Sequence record: MW250785
Length of the DNA stretch: 64,000 nt
DNA from: Escherichia phage UPEC03
Reading direction: 5' to 3' (one strand)
In this document: positions 49,330 through 58,342 of the stretch, piece after piece
How positions within the stretch are numbered: position 1 is the stretch's first letter
Layout of the letters: each line of letters starts with the position of its first letter
The notes under the pieces: generated by a model
Told to the model about the DNA's origin: nothing
The model's database searches: none
Seen by the model: the letters and a program-made list of their open reading frames with translations, nothing else
Translations under genes and position numbers: made by a program

Positions 49330-50142
49330 ATGGCTGTTGTAGGCGTACCTGGTTGGATCGGGTCTTCTGCTGTAAGCGAAACGGGTCAAAGATGGATGTC
49401 CGCTGCTGCGGGACAACTTCGATTATCTGCTGCGGGTTATATGTCACGATTTGCGGGGATCTCCCGTGAACAATCAATAACAATTTCCGCGAGTAACGCA
49501 TACGCATGGTCAACCCTGGTCAACCAGATTAAATCATTGGGTGTATCCGGTGGTGCATTCAAAATTACTGTTGTCGGGAACATCGTTTCAAACAGTGCTG
49601 GCGCTCCGTGCCTTAACTTCACATCCGATCTTGCTGGTGTCGATTATATCGAACTGATCATTAACTCCGGTGTAGGTGTTATGGGTCGTGGTGGTGCGGG
49701 TGGTGGTGATAACACAGGTGGCCCGTATTCGTCCGGTGAAAATGGTGGTGTCGGTATTACTAACGCGATCGGAAACAAACTGCGAATAACGAACAATGGT
49801 TATATTGCGGGTGGTGGTGGTGGTGGTGGCCTGGTAAACATGCCAACTTCTACATCACGACGTGTACAGGTATCCGGTGGTGGTGGTCGACCTTTCGGTG
49901 CTGCTGGTACAGGTGGTTATGACGGTAACGGTACAGCGGCAACAATTTCCGCTCCTGGTTCCGGTGGTTCTTCGAGTCTATCACAAGCTGGTGCGGGTGG
50001 TAACTTAGGTGCGGCTGGTCAATATCCACCTAAAGCCGATGGTCGTCTGGAAGCTCAAGCGGCGGGTGCTGCGGGTGCTGCGGTTAACGGTAACGCGCCA
50101 ACGTGGAGAACTGTAGGGACAATTTACGGTTCGAGAGTTTAA
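49330..50142 (+). CDS. 38: Tail fibre adhesin gp38 (T2-type, glycine-rich motifs)
   Basis: MAVVGVPGWIGSSAVSETGQRWMS N-terminus, poly-Gly islands (GGGGGGG, GGGGRPFGAAG), C-terminal WRTVGTIYGSRV as recalled for T2/T6 gp38. Confidence 0.85.
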   Translation: MAVVGVPGWIGSSAVSETGQRWMSAAAGQLRLSAAGYMSRFAGISREQSITISASNAYAWSTLVNQIKSLGVSGGAFKITVVGNIVSNSAGAPCLNFTSDLAGVDYIELIINSGVGVMGRGGAGGGDNTGGPYSSGENGGVGITNAIGNKLRITNNGYIAGGGGGGGLVNMPTSTSRRVQVSGGGGRPFGAAGTGGYDGNGTAATISAPGSGGSSSLSQAGAGGNLGAAGQYPPKADGRLEAQAAGAAGAAVNGNAPTWRTVGTIYGSRV

Positions 50143-50195
50143 GTAAATTCCTAAATATAATCGGGGGTCGGCATCCCCGAACTTGAGGATTAAAC

Positions 50196-50840
50196 ATGGC
50201 GCTATTACAAGATAAATTGGCGGTGCTTGAACGGGTAATATCGTTCATCATGGCGGTCAAAACATGGAAACAGTTATTCATTAAATTGGTTCTTATCGTC
50301 ACTATTTTCATTATGTTCGTAACATGGTACAAGTGGGATGACTTATTTTCAGTCTGGAAAACATCTTCAATCGTTATAGACGTGCCGACGATGGAGATTG
50401 AAAAGGCAAAAAAGTTTGAATCCGCATCCATCGAACAGTTAAACATAGTGCATTTAACTACGGATGCGGATTTTTCGGCAATCTTTGGTTTCAGACCTAA
50501 GAATGTCAATTATTTTGTTGATATAATTGCGTATGAAGGGAAGTTACCGCAACAGATTAACCCGAAAAATCTGGGTGGCTATCCTATAGACAAGACATCG
50601 GAAGAGTATAATAGACATATAAACGGGCTGTACTATATCTCAGATATTGCAAGCCCGTATCTTCCAACAAAAGACCTTGTTCCGGTAGCATATACCTTTA
50701 GTTGTCCTTATTTCAATCTCGAAAACTACTATTCTGGATCGATTCTAATGGAATGGTATATACAGAAGCCCGAAGTCACCGATACGAAGTTGATGATCGT
50801 GTGCAATCAGGCCGCTAGAATTTTAGGCAGGGTTCGATGA
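50196..50840 (+). CDS. t: Holin T
   Basis: 214 aa; N-terminal TM segment; FRPKNVNYFVDIIAYEGKLP, CPYFNLENYYSGSILMEWY, CNQAARILGR match T4 holin t. Confidence 0.93.
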   Translation: MALLQDKLAVLERVISFIMAVKTWKQLFIKLVLIVTIFIMFVTWYKWDDLFSVWKTSSIVIDVPTMEIEKAKKFESASIEQLNIVHLTTDADFSAIFGFRPKNVNYFVDIIAYEGKLPQQINPKNLGGYPIDKTSEEYNRHINGLYYISDIASPYLPTKDLVPVAYTFSCPYFNLENYYSGSILMEWYIQKPEVTDTKLMIVCNQAARILGRVR

Positions 50841-51098
50841 TAATTTCAGTTTCAAACCGCTTAAAGCCCGATCGATGAAATCTTTTACTTTCGTCATCGG
50901 GCTTTTGTCGTATATGTCCCATACGCGCATGAGTTCGTAAGGTGTCGGAACATATTCATCGTTCCAGTATCCAACATTACCTATCGTAACGCGTCGGAAA
51001 CCAGCCTCTACGCTGTGATATACAAAGAACCCAGCCTTACCCACAGGGGAGACTTTAAAACCGCGTGTAGCGGCTTTCATGGCTTCGTCGTGTGTCAT
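50823..51098 (-). CDS. Small protein, candidate DUF2829/Tad2-like
   Basis: 91 aa; N-terminal MTHDEAMKAATRGFKV… and …MRVWDIYD resemble the (F/M)xEAL..LK.GKKV … DWEIV pattern recalled for DUF2829. Confidence 0.3.
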   Translation of the reverse strand: MTHDEAMKAATRGFKVSPVGKAGFFVYHSVEAGFRRVTIGNVGYWNDEYVPTPYELMRVWDIYDKSPMTKVKDFIDRALSGLKLKLSSNPA

Positions 51099-51397
51099 GA
51101 TAGAATCACTTCGCCTCTGTATTGATTGTGATAGATGTATGGACGAACACCCAGTGGGTGATTATCTATGACTAAGATCAGGTCAAGTTCGTCGTGGTTA
51201 TCATCTTCTGCAACTATATCCCAGTCGGTCGCTTTCTGTTCTTCAACACTGGCAATGAATACCTGGTTAATCTCAACCTTACGGTGAGAACGGCGAATGA
51301 TCGTATCCCCTTCGCGGAACACGATCATATCTGGGTTAATCGGGCGGTACGCGGTTTTACCCGCGCACACTTCATTAAGCATTTCTTCGTATGTCAT
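51095..51397 (-). CDS. Small protein, candidate DUF2829/Tad2-like (paralog)
   Basis: 100 aa; MTYEEMLNEVCAGKTAYRP… and …ATDWDIVAED fit the same pattern. Confidence 0.3.
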   Translation of the reverse strand: MTYEEMLNEVCAGKTAYRPINPDMIVFREGDTIIRRSHRKVEINQVFIASVEEQKATDWDIVAEDDNHDELDLILVIDNHPLGVRPYIYHNQYRGEVILS

Positions 51398-52194
51398 TAT
51401 AATACCTTTACTCGCTGAACGATTGTTTGTTTAACTTCTTTGTATTCGTTGTGAAGTTTAGGTGTCGCTTTGAAGCGAATCACATCACCCTCTTCAACAA
51501 TTTTGTTTCCGTAGTAGATAACCACGTTACCATCTACGTTGATTTTGGTCATGAAACGTTCCACTTCGGTGTAATAAGAAACTTGGGTATATCCGAGAGA
51601 AATCACTTTCTCAACAACCCCGCTCATTTCCATACGCTTACCGATTTCCCCGATGTGCTGTGCTGCTGCGATCTTCGCCTGGCGCTCTGCTTCCCATTCT
51701 GCGCGGATCTCTTCACGTTTAGCGATGTAATCCTTCTCCAGCGCTACGCCCATGCAGTAAGAGCAAATAGCCTGAAATACTGGGCTATCGTTGCCGTTTT
51801 CTTTGCACTGATCAGCCCACCACAGAATCGTATACATCGGCATATCAGCAATCACTTCACCTTTACGCTTACCGATTGGCATGATGCCCTGTTCCAGCAG
51901 TTCCAGGTTTTCGGTATCCTGTACAGACAGTTTGCCGCGACGTTCAAACAGATCGAAATCTGCGAATCCCTGGAACACCATCTGGAAAGTGTCGGTCTGG
52001 TTCAGACGATCCACCATGCGATCGAAGTATTCACGCGCTTTCGCTTCTGCTTTATCTGGGTCGGTAGACAGGTTGCAGATATAGTTATCAGAAGTGAATC
52101 CACCTCCACGACGCTCTACACGCAGGGTGTACATAGCGTTTTTAGCGCCAGAAGAAATGAAGTATGTCGCGGTAACTTTAGTCAGGTTAGTCAT
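51397..52194 (-). CDS. Hypothetical protein (266 aa)
   Basis: Start at ATG (MTNLTKV) with AAGGAG RBS; first gene of a three-gene - strand unit ending with the two DUF2829-like ORFs. Confidence 0.55.
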   Translation of the reverse strand: MTNLTKVTATYFISSGAKNAMYTLRVERRGGGFTSDNYICNLSTDPDKAEAKAREYFDRMVDRLNQTDTFQMVFQGFADFDLFERRGKLSVQDTENLELLEQGIMPIGKRKGEVIADMPMYTILWWADQCKENGNDSPVFQAICSYCMGVALEKDYIAKREEIRAEWEAERQAKIAAAQHIGEIGKRMEMSGVVEKVISLGYTQVSYYTEVERFMTKINVDGNVVIYYGNKIVEEGDVIRFKATPKLHNEYKEVKQTIVQRVKVL

Positions 52195-52270
52195 GGTGAA
52201 TCTCCTTAGTGGTTTCGTTTCGACAAGGCCAATATAGCAAAAGCCCTCAACCGAAGTCAAGGGCTTTTTA

Positions 52271-52498
52271 TCATGCGTTCGAATCTTTCATAACTTTATG
52301 AAGATGGATATCAAAAATTTTCCAGTATGCTTTTCCGCGAGGATAAATTTTTGCTTTATCAATGTCTTCGTTGCTTCCCCATGTATTGTTTGGGTTACGA
52401 CAACGATTTTTTGCATAATCCATGTGCCAGAATAAGCGCTGCACCGATGAATCTGTGCCTAATGGATCTTCTTTGCTGAACAGAATTTGTGAACTCAT
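52271..52498 (-). CDS. Hypothetical small protein
   Basis: 75 aa ORF followed by hairpin terminator. Confidence 0.45.
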   Translation of the reverse strand: MSSQILFSKEDPLGTDSSVQRLFWHMDYAKNRCRNPNNTWGSNEDIDKAKIYPRGKAYWKIFDIHLHKVMKDSNA

Positions 52499-52911
52499 AA
52501 GAAGAAACCTGTTCGAACTACTAAATCGATCTGTTTTTCCGGTATCAGTGGCGCTTTATCGTCAACGTTGCACTGATAATACATCCCGACATACTCATGA
52601 GGAACGTTGGATTCGCTCGCCCATTTCAGGTTGTCATCTGTACGCGGCCCTAACATGAGGTTAACGATATTGACAGCGTGATCCTGTTCTGGGGTATTGT
52701 TGCATCCGTTCACATAATGTCCGTGAGCGGTTTTGAGGATTTCAATGATATCTTCGTCGGCTTCAACGAGATACAGCCCCGTGTTTTCTGGGATTTCCTC
52801 AAGAATAATCAAAGCGGTTTTCATCACACTTACCTTTATGTTTCTGCTTACGTTTTGCTTCTTTAAGTGCTCGCTTGCGATCGCGGTGAGTAGAAGCGCG
52901 GTTGAAATCAT
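52495..52911 (-). CDS. Hypothetical protein
   Basis: ORF; true start may be the internal Met at 52824. Confidence 0.45.
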   Translation of the reverse strand: MISTALLLTAIASEHLKKQNVSRNIKVSVMKTALIILEEIPENTGLYLVEADEDIIEILKTAHGHYVNGCNNTPEQDHAVNIVNLMLGPRTDDNLKWASESNVPHEYVGMYYQCNVDDKAPLIPEKQIDLVVRTGFFL

Positions 52912-52929
52912 GTTTCGCTACCAGGTTGT

Positions 52930-53160
52930 TCATCGAGGATATAATGGCACATGATGTTGAATACTGACTTCGCCATACAGTTTTACGATAGTTAAGCTAT
53001 CAGATCCTTTAACAATTCTGTATTTTTCTGGAACAACGCGGTCGATTTCTTTTTTGACAAAGTTAAGCAATCCGAAGTCATCTATATCTTTTGGTGCTTT
53101 GGAAATAGAAGACAACGATACTCGTTGACGTGAATCATAGTACGAAGAAATTACAAACAT
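52930..53160 (-). CDS. Hypothetical small protein
   Basis: 76 aa ORF. Confidence 0.4.
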   Translation of the reverse strand: MFVISSYYDSRQRVSLSSISKAPKDIDDFGLLNFVKKEIDRVVPEKYRIVKGSDSLTIVKLYGEVSIQHHVPLYPR

Positions 53161-53204
53161 ATATTATTTTCCTTATTGGGGCTTTTCAGCCCCATTTTAG
53201 ATAA

Positions 53205-53459
53205 TTAATCCAGCAGTTTGCGGATTTTATCCGCGATACGTCCGGCGCGTGTTGCGCTTGCGGTATGATCGCTTTCTTTGGTAGCCAGTTCAGCCAGCTT
53301 ACGCTGATGTTCTTCTTCCGCTGCTTTGCGGTCTGCTGCTACCTGTGCGACCTGTTCGTTATCGTGAGCAATACGCGCTTCGAGTTCGGTCAGGGTTTTG
53401 TCAAAAGTTGCTACGATTTCGTCTACAGAACGGATTTTGGAAAACAGTTTCATATTCAT
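53205..53459 (-). CDS. Hypothetical coiled-coil protein
   Basis: 84 aa charged helical ORF. Confidence 0.45.
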   Translation of the reverse strand: MNMKLFSKIRSVDEIVATFDKTLTELEARIAHDNEQVAQVAADRKAAEEEHQRKLAELATKESDHTASATRAGRIADKIRKLLD

Positions 53460-53467
53460 TATCTCAA

Positions 53468-53905
53468 TTAGTATGGTTGGAATTCAAAGTCAAACAGATC
53501 ATTTAGTGCGCGGTTGTATTCAGTATAGTTCTCACCATCCCCGAACCGCATCTGAATCGCGCTTTCCGCTATTGTACCAGTAAGATTCGAGAAACCAAAG
53601 AGGTTTTTAATCTTATCGTGTGCAACGAAGTACAGAGAAGCACTATCCAGCAAGGCCACCATCGCTGATGGTTCATGTTCGCGGCGTTTGATGCGTAACA
53701 GAGTACGGTTTGCGCCAGTCTTACGGCGTTGATTTGGGGCTACGTAGAATCGAAATACTACTTTACCCGTTTTATCATCAACTACCAGGTAGAAGCCGTG
53801 TTCTTTCAGGTCAACCCCTTCGAACTTGGTGAAGTCACCGCGCTTCATGTCACCTATCTTAACAGCGTATTTGTGGATGTCAAGCCTTGTCAGAATTCTT
53901 TTCAT
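53468..53905 (-). CDS. Hypothetical protein
   Basis: 145 aa ORF. Confidence 0.5.
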   Translation of the reverse strand: MKRILTRLDIHKYAVKIGDMKRGDFTKFEGVDLKEHGFYLVVDDKTGKVVFRFYVAPNQRRKTGANRTLLRIKRREHEPSAMVALLDSASLYFVAHDKIKNLFGFSNLTGTIAESAIQMRFGDGENYTEYNRALNDLFDFEFQPY

Positions 53906-54293
53906 TTTTCTTTACCAGTTTATTTCCGAATTTTGTGTTTACACCAGTTTTCATATTCATAGTCAGTGCCAGTAAGAAGATAGGGCATGACAAAATCAAG
54001 ATCGTTGATCCGAACAGCAAACGAACTAAGCGAATCAATAACGTCCCGATCCATTTCATCGGTATCTCTACCCACTTCTGAACCGTTGCGAGTACCAGCA
54101 TAACATAACCCAGATTAAATGCAAGGGCTGTTGCGATAATACCGTAAGGTTTTTTGAAGTATGTCTGTTCGCCGTCTTCTGTACGTCCAGCGGTAACGTT
54201 GCCTCCGTTCCAGAGTTCTTTGGCGGTTTTAATGGCTGTTTCTGCCCCGCTCAAGTTCTGCCAGTAGTCAGGAATGCTCTGTAGGAATTTCAT
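53880..54293 (-). CDS. Hypothetical membrane protein
   Basis: 137 aa with two or more hydrophobic segments (IIATALAFNLGYVMLVLA, STILILSCPIFLLAL). Confidence 0.5.
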   Translation of the reverse strand: MKFLQSIPDYWQNLSGAETAIKTAKELWNGGNVTAGRTEDGEQTYFKKPYGIIATALAFNLGYVMLVLATVQKWVEIPMKWIGTLLIRLVRLLFGSTILILSCPIFLLALTMNMKTGVNTKFGNKLVKKNEKNSDKA

Positions 54294-54338
54294 AATCGAA
54301 TCCTCCGCGCCTGAATCGCTCCAGGCGCTGTTTTGGGG

Positions 54339-55238
54339 TTAGTAGTGACTGAATCCCACAGTTACATCACGCATCACCTGATAACGGCATACACGCATCT
54401 TAGCGTTGTCGTAATCTGTCGGGATTGCTACAACATCGCGAGGATTAACCTTGACCTGAATAACTTTCCCGCGTCCTCCGCCATAGTGAGGCAGATACGA
54501 TTTTGCGGCAACATGCAAACCGCATGAACAGGTTCGGTTTTTATTCTCGTCTACCTGGTTACGTGGCATTTCAACCACAACACCAGGGGAGTTATCGAAC
54601 TTACCGGAAGCCAGATCGCGGAAGTCTTCGCGAACACGTTTCCATGCGTAGAAATCTCCGTCATCTGCCAGTTCGATATCGTTATGCACCATGAACCCAT
54701 AAAGCTGATACACAGCATCGCGTGAAGGGTTTTCCATCAACTTCTCAAAGAAGTTAACCAGGTGCTCGTAAGGGCGATCGTTGTACATTTCGCGAACGAT
54801 ACGTTGCGTGATACCGCTGTCAAACACAATATCTTTGTACAGGACTTTATGCCCGATGATTTTAATGTTGCCTTTGCTGTAAATCTTCAACGCTTGCGTT
54901 GTGTCCAACAGGGTAGCAACTCCCTCAATGTCACCCTTAACCATTAAAGCATGTGCTTTTTCGAAGTTAGGGTGTGACGAATCCGCTGTGATGATCTTGC
55001 CGTCCAGTACCAGAGTAATGAACGATTCAGAACCAATCATTTTAGATTTGACATCTGTTTGTGGAAGTGGTTTCGTCGCTTCCACATTATACTTAGCGTG
55101 TTGCTCGGTAATAACGCGCCCGATGGTTCGGACGCTTACACCAAATTGTTTAGCCAGTGCGGTTTTGTTTGCGCTGGTCAGAAAGCCCTCATAAACTGCT
55201 TTCTTTTGTACATCATCAAGGATCTTAACGTTTCTCAT
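54339..55238 (-). CDS. rIIB: rIIB protein
   Basis: N-terminal HTH (LAKQFGVSVRTIGRV); C-terminal FDNSPGVVVEMPRN…CSCGLHVAAKSYLPHYGG…VKVNPRDVVAIPTDYDNAKMRVCRYQV matches T4 rIIB; ATG overlaps rIIA stop. Confidence 0.9.
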   Translation of the reverse strand: MRNVKILDDVQKKAVYEGFLTSANKTALAKQFGVSVRTIGRVITEQHAKYNVEATKPLPQTDVKSKMIGSESFITLVLDGKIITADSSHPNFEKAHALMVKGDIEGVATLLDTTQALKIYSKGNIKIIGHKVLYKDIVFDSGITQRIVREMYNDRPYEHLVNFFEKLMENPSRDAVYQLYGFMVHNDIELADDGDFYAWKRVREDFRDLASGKFDNSPGVVVEMPRNQVDENKNRTCSCGLHVAAKSYLPHYGGGRGKVIQVKVNPRDVVAIPTDYDNAKMRVCRYQVMRDVTVGFSHY

Positions 55239-57487
55239 TATTTCCACCGTATAAGGTTGACCAAATCCATCACAATTTTATCATCATTAAACATACTGCG
55301 GAATGTAGAATAAGATGAATGCAACAACATGTAATGAATTGATGGGTTGCGTTCTGCAAATAAATCGTAAGCAGTATCAACGCGTTCTTTCATATCTTTC
55401 CGCATTTTGTAATACTTCGTTGACATTTCACGAAGTAACGGGTTGCGCACCACAGTTTTTGATTTGTTTTTGCCCTCGATAACATCATAGGTAAACTTAC
55501 CATCAAGATAATCGAGCAACAGATATAATTCTGGATTATATCGGTTTTTAACCATGCGATCAAGGGTTACGCCCATAGAATCGCGCAGGGTTCGGATCTC
55601 GCTTCCGTGGTTTGATGAAATCCATGCAGGGAACCAGTTAGGTTTTATCTTCTTCGCTGCGTCCGCAAAACGTTTTACCAGATAATCATCAAGGCATTTC
55701 ATGTTGCTATCTGGAATGCGACTCCACAGAGAGTTTCGCAGAACCATCACTTCGTTCAGCCCTGTAACCGTTAACATGGTCATCATACTGCTGGCGATGC
55801 TACCCAACGAATAGTTCTGTGCTTCTCCGTCCAGTCGGCTATATTCATCAACCCCATAAAGGCGCATAGCGTACATTTCATCCAGTTTCACAAACTGTGC
55901 TTTAGTCAGGTACAGATCGTTTTTCTGTAAGTTGCCCTGATCATCCAGGAAGTAATGATATGCTGTAGGCGTTTTTGGACGCGGTTCTGAATCACCAGAA
56001 GATGATTCACGCGTTGCTTTCCAGCGCTTGCGATCTTCGGTATACGTTTCGAATTCTTTGGTCATTTCACTGGTTTTCAGTGTAACGATCTCAGATTCAT
56101 CGAAATACCCAGTTCTGATCAAGTCCTGAACAGGTTCACTATTAATCTCTTTGGTTACGAAACTGATACGATCCGAACCATTCAACATGCAGTAACCGAT
56201 CAGATATGGGCGGAGTGAACGCGCTTCATTATCGTTTTCAACAATGAACAGTTTCTTCTGTCGCCACGGTTGAATCATGCGCATAACGTCCTGGCGTTTG
56301 GTAGTTTCCGCTTTGTATGTCTCGTGACGGCGACCAGAACCCATACGTTCAAATACGCAATCTTTCCCGTCATATGGGTTAGCCCAGAAACCACAGATAT
56401 ATTTTCCGGTTGCAGTTTCACTACTTTTAAGATGCGTCAGAATTTCAGCCAACGATTCTTTACCCACACGGAAACGATTATCACGGGTTACGAACCCCTG
56501 CAACAAACCAGGCAGATTATTAAACCATACGAGTTTATCGCGGGTTGTCTTCTGCTTTTTATACTGTTCCATCAACTCTTCATCAAAGCGTTTGTTGATT
56601 TTGTCCAGTCGATCCGTAATCACTTTCTTCGTGACTTTATCAAGGCTCAACTCTTCACGCGACGGCATGAAGTCCAGCGATCCCAGAGGGAAATCCAGAA
56701 TATATGCGTAATTGCTGTTACGGTAGCAGTAGAACAGCGAGTTTTCGAACATATCCAGATCGATTGGATAACAAATGTTACCCATACGCGCGTATACGCC
56801 GGAATAGTTTTTAGACTGATAACGGATGATCCCGCGATCGTCTGCTTCTTTTGGTTGCCAGTTAACATCAACCTGAACACCGATAAAGCGCGGACGGATA
56901 CCCGTAAACGGTTCGTAAACACGCGCCGCTTCTCTTTCCCATTCTTCGATATCTTCGACTTTAACCGGAACGGTGATTTGAACGCCGTTAGGTTCGTCTG
57001 TTTCGGTTTCGTAGATTTGGTCAACGAAAGGTTCACCATTATCCATATAAGCCGTGTACGCACGTTTAACGCCGTCCTGGATGGATTCGATAGTGAATGT
57101 TTCGGTGTAGCAGAACGGGGATTTACTACCCAGTCCCAGCGCCCCGATCAGTTCGTCGGTGTCGGTTTTGGTGGATTCGAAATAGGTTGCAAACACCTCT
57201 TTAACCATCCAGTCACTTAACCCTGTGCCGTAATCACGGACGATGAAACGCGGATCGAGAACAGTTGGTAACTGAACATCGAACGGGTTCATGTTACCCG
57301 CTACCATATGACCATCAATGGCGTTACTGGAGATTTCGCGAATGATTGCGCGGATCTTGTATTTGTAAATGGTTGATGACATGATTTTGTATGTTTTCGC
57401 ACTGGTAGCCATTTTAAACTTCGTGCGTTCGCCTTTATCGAAGCCCGTAGTGTGAATGGTTTGTGGTGCTAACTGACGCAATTTCAT
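55238..57487 (-). CDS. rIIA: rIIA protein (N-terminal HATPase-like domain)
   Basis: 749 aa; TYKIMSSTIYKYKIRAIIREISSNAIDGH, LDPRFIVRDYGTGLSD, GLGSKSPFCYTETFTI match T4 rIIA. Confidence 0.93.
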   Translation of the reverse strand: MKLRQLAPQTIHTTGFDKGERTKFKMATSAKTYKIMSSTIYKYKIRAIIREISSNAIDGHMVAGNMNPFDVQLPTVLDPRFIVRDYGTGLSDWMVKEVFATYFESTKTDTDELIGALGLGSKSPFCYTETFTIESIQDGVKRAYTAYMDNGEPFVDQIYETETDEPNGVQITVPVKVEDIEEWEREAARVYEPFTGIRPRFIGVQVDVNWQPKEADDRGIIRYQSKNYSGVYARMGNICYPIDLDMFENSLFYCYRNSNYAYILDFPLGSLDFMPSREELSLDKVTKKVITDRLDKINKRFDEELMEQYKKQKTTRDKLVWFNNLPGLLQGFVTRDNRFRVGKESLAEILTHLKSSETATGKYICGFWANPYDGKDCVFERMGSGRRHETYKAETTKRQDVMRMIQPWRQKKLFIVENDNEARSLRPYLIGYCMLNGSDRISFVTKEINSEPVQDLIRTGYFDESEIVTLKTSEMTKEFETYTEDRKRWKATRESSSGDSEPRPKTPTAYHYFLDDQGNLQKNDLYLTKAQFVKLDEMYAMRLYGVDEYSRLDGEAQNYSLGSIASSMMTMLTVTGLNEVMVLRNSLWSRIPDSNMKCLDDYLVKRFADAAKKIKPNWFPAWISSNHGSEIRTLRDSMGVTLDRMVKNRYNPELYLLLDYLDGKFTYDVIEGKNKSKTVVRNPLLREMSTKYYKMRKDMKERVDTAYDLFAERNPSIHYMLLHSSYSTFRSMFNDDKIVMDLVNLIRWK

Positions 57488-57497
57488 TGTTTATATC

Positions 57498-57734
57498 TCA
57501 CTTGGTGTTGAAGATGATGTTATCACATGAATATTTCATAGGCTTTTGATCAAGCCCATACTCAACAGGTGTACACATCCGGTCAAGGTATTCGTAAACC
57601 TGTTGCTTCTGACGTTCGCGGTCTTTCATATCCATGATACCGACCACGATAGCAGTTACAAAACATATTGCAATAGTACACAGCACAGCTATTGTAATAT
57701 ATTTTCCCGTTTTTGGTGCATCATATGGTTTCAT
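57498..57734 (-). CDS. Small membrane protein (rIIA-distal)
   Basis: 78 aa ORF with one TM segment (YITIAVLCTIAICFVTAIVVGI). Confidence 0.5.
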   Translation of the reverse strand: MKPYDAPKTGKYITIAVLCTIAICFVTAIVVGIMDMKDRERQKQQVYEYLDRMCTPVEYGLDQKPMKYSCDNIIFNTK

Positions 57735-58270
57735 TGAATCGCCTCTGCATATTGTTCTGGTGTCAATTTACGCGCTACTAAGCGCCCTTTGGTTGCTCGT
57801 TTGTTTCTTGAAATGTAGATGTTTGCAATGTTGCGTTTACCTTCCTGGATCTCATTGTACATCTTTTCGGTCATATTGCACTGATAAACTTCACCGTTCG
57901 GAGTTTTCAGGAAAAACGCGTATATGTCTTTTTCGCTTTCCTGAATTACTGATTTCTCACGGATACGGCTTTTGCATGGTGTAGGCTGTGCGCCCAACTC
58001 GATAGCTTTACGCTGCCATACGATCCCGTGTCCAGCCCCTTCGGTCAGAGCATGTGCAATTTCGTGCATGAGAGTATCTAAAACGTTCTCGTAGATATCT
58101 TCCTTAACGTGAGAACGGCTCAATTCAATTGACTTGCGACTGTAATTGCATTGTCCCAGAGTACGCTTGAAACGTCCGTTGATTTTGAAAGACCAATGAG
58201 ATAAGCCATGCTTCGCCATGATGCTTTTGGCCCAGATGGTTATTTCCATATCGCTACGAGTTTTGAACAT
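57731..58270 (-). CDS. SprT-like zinc metallopeptidase domain protein
   Basis: LMHEIAHAL HExxH motif with upstream WSFKINGRFKRTLGQC SprT-like region; start at ATG with GGAGG RBS. Confidence 0.55.
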   Translation of the reverse strand: MFKTRSDMEITIWAKSIMAKHGLSHWSFKINGRFKRTLGQCNYSRKSIELSRSHVKEDIYENVLDTLMHEIAHALTEGAGHGIVWQRKAIELGAQPTPCKSRIREKSVIQESEKDIYAFFLKTPNGEVYQCNMTEKMYNEIQEGKRNIANIYISRNKRATKGRLVARKLTPEQYAEAIQ

Positions 58271-58305
58271 TTTATATCCTCCCCAATCAGTGAGGACACT
58301 ATAAC

Positions 58306-58338
58306 AAAAAAGCCTCCCGCAATGCAAGAGGCTTTTTG
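58306..58338 (-). terminator. Intrinsic terminator (- strand)
   Basis: On - strand: hairpin agcctcttgcattgcgggaggct followed by TTTTTT. Confidence 0.7.
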
Positions 58339-58342
58339 TAAA

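Noticed and set aside
49790-49830. Short GGT/GGC repeats in gene 38 as a repeat array or CRISPR-like feature
   Set aside because: They encode the poly-glycine motifs of the gp38 adhesin; no spacer-repeat architecture.
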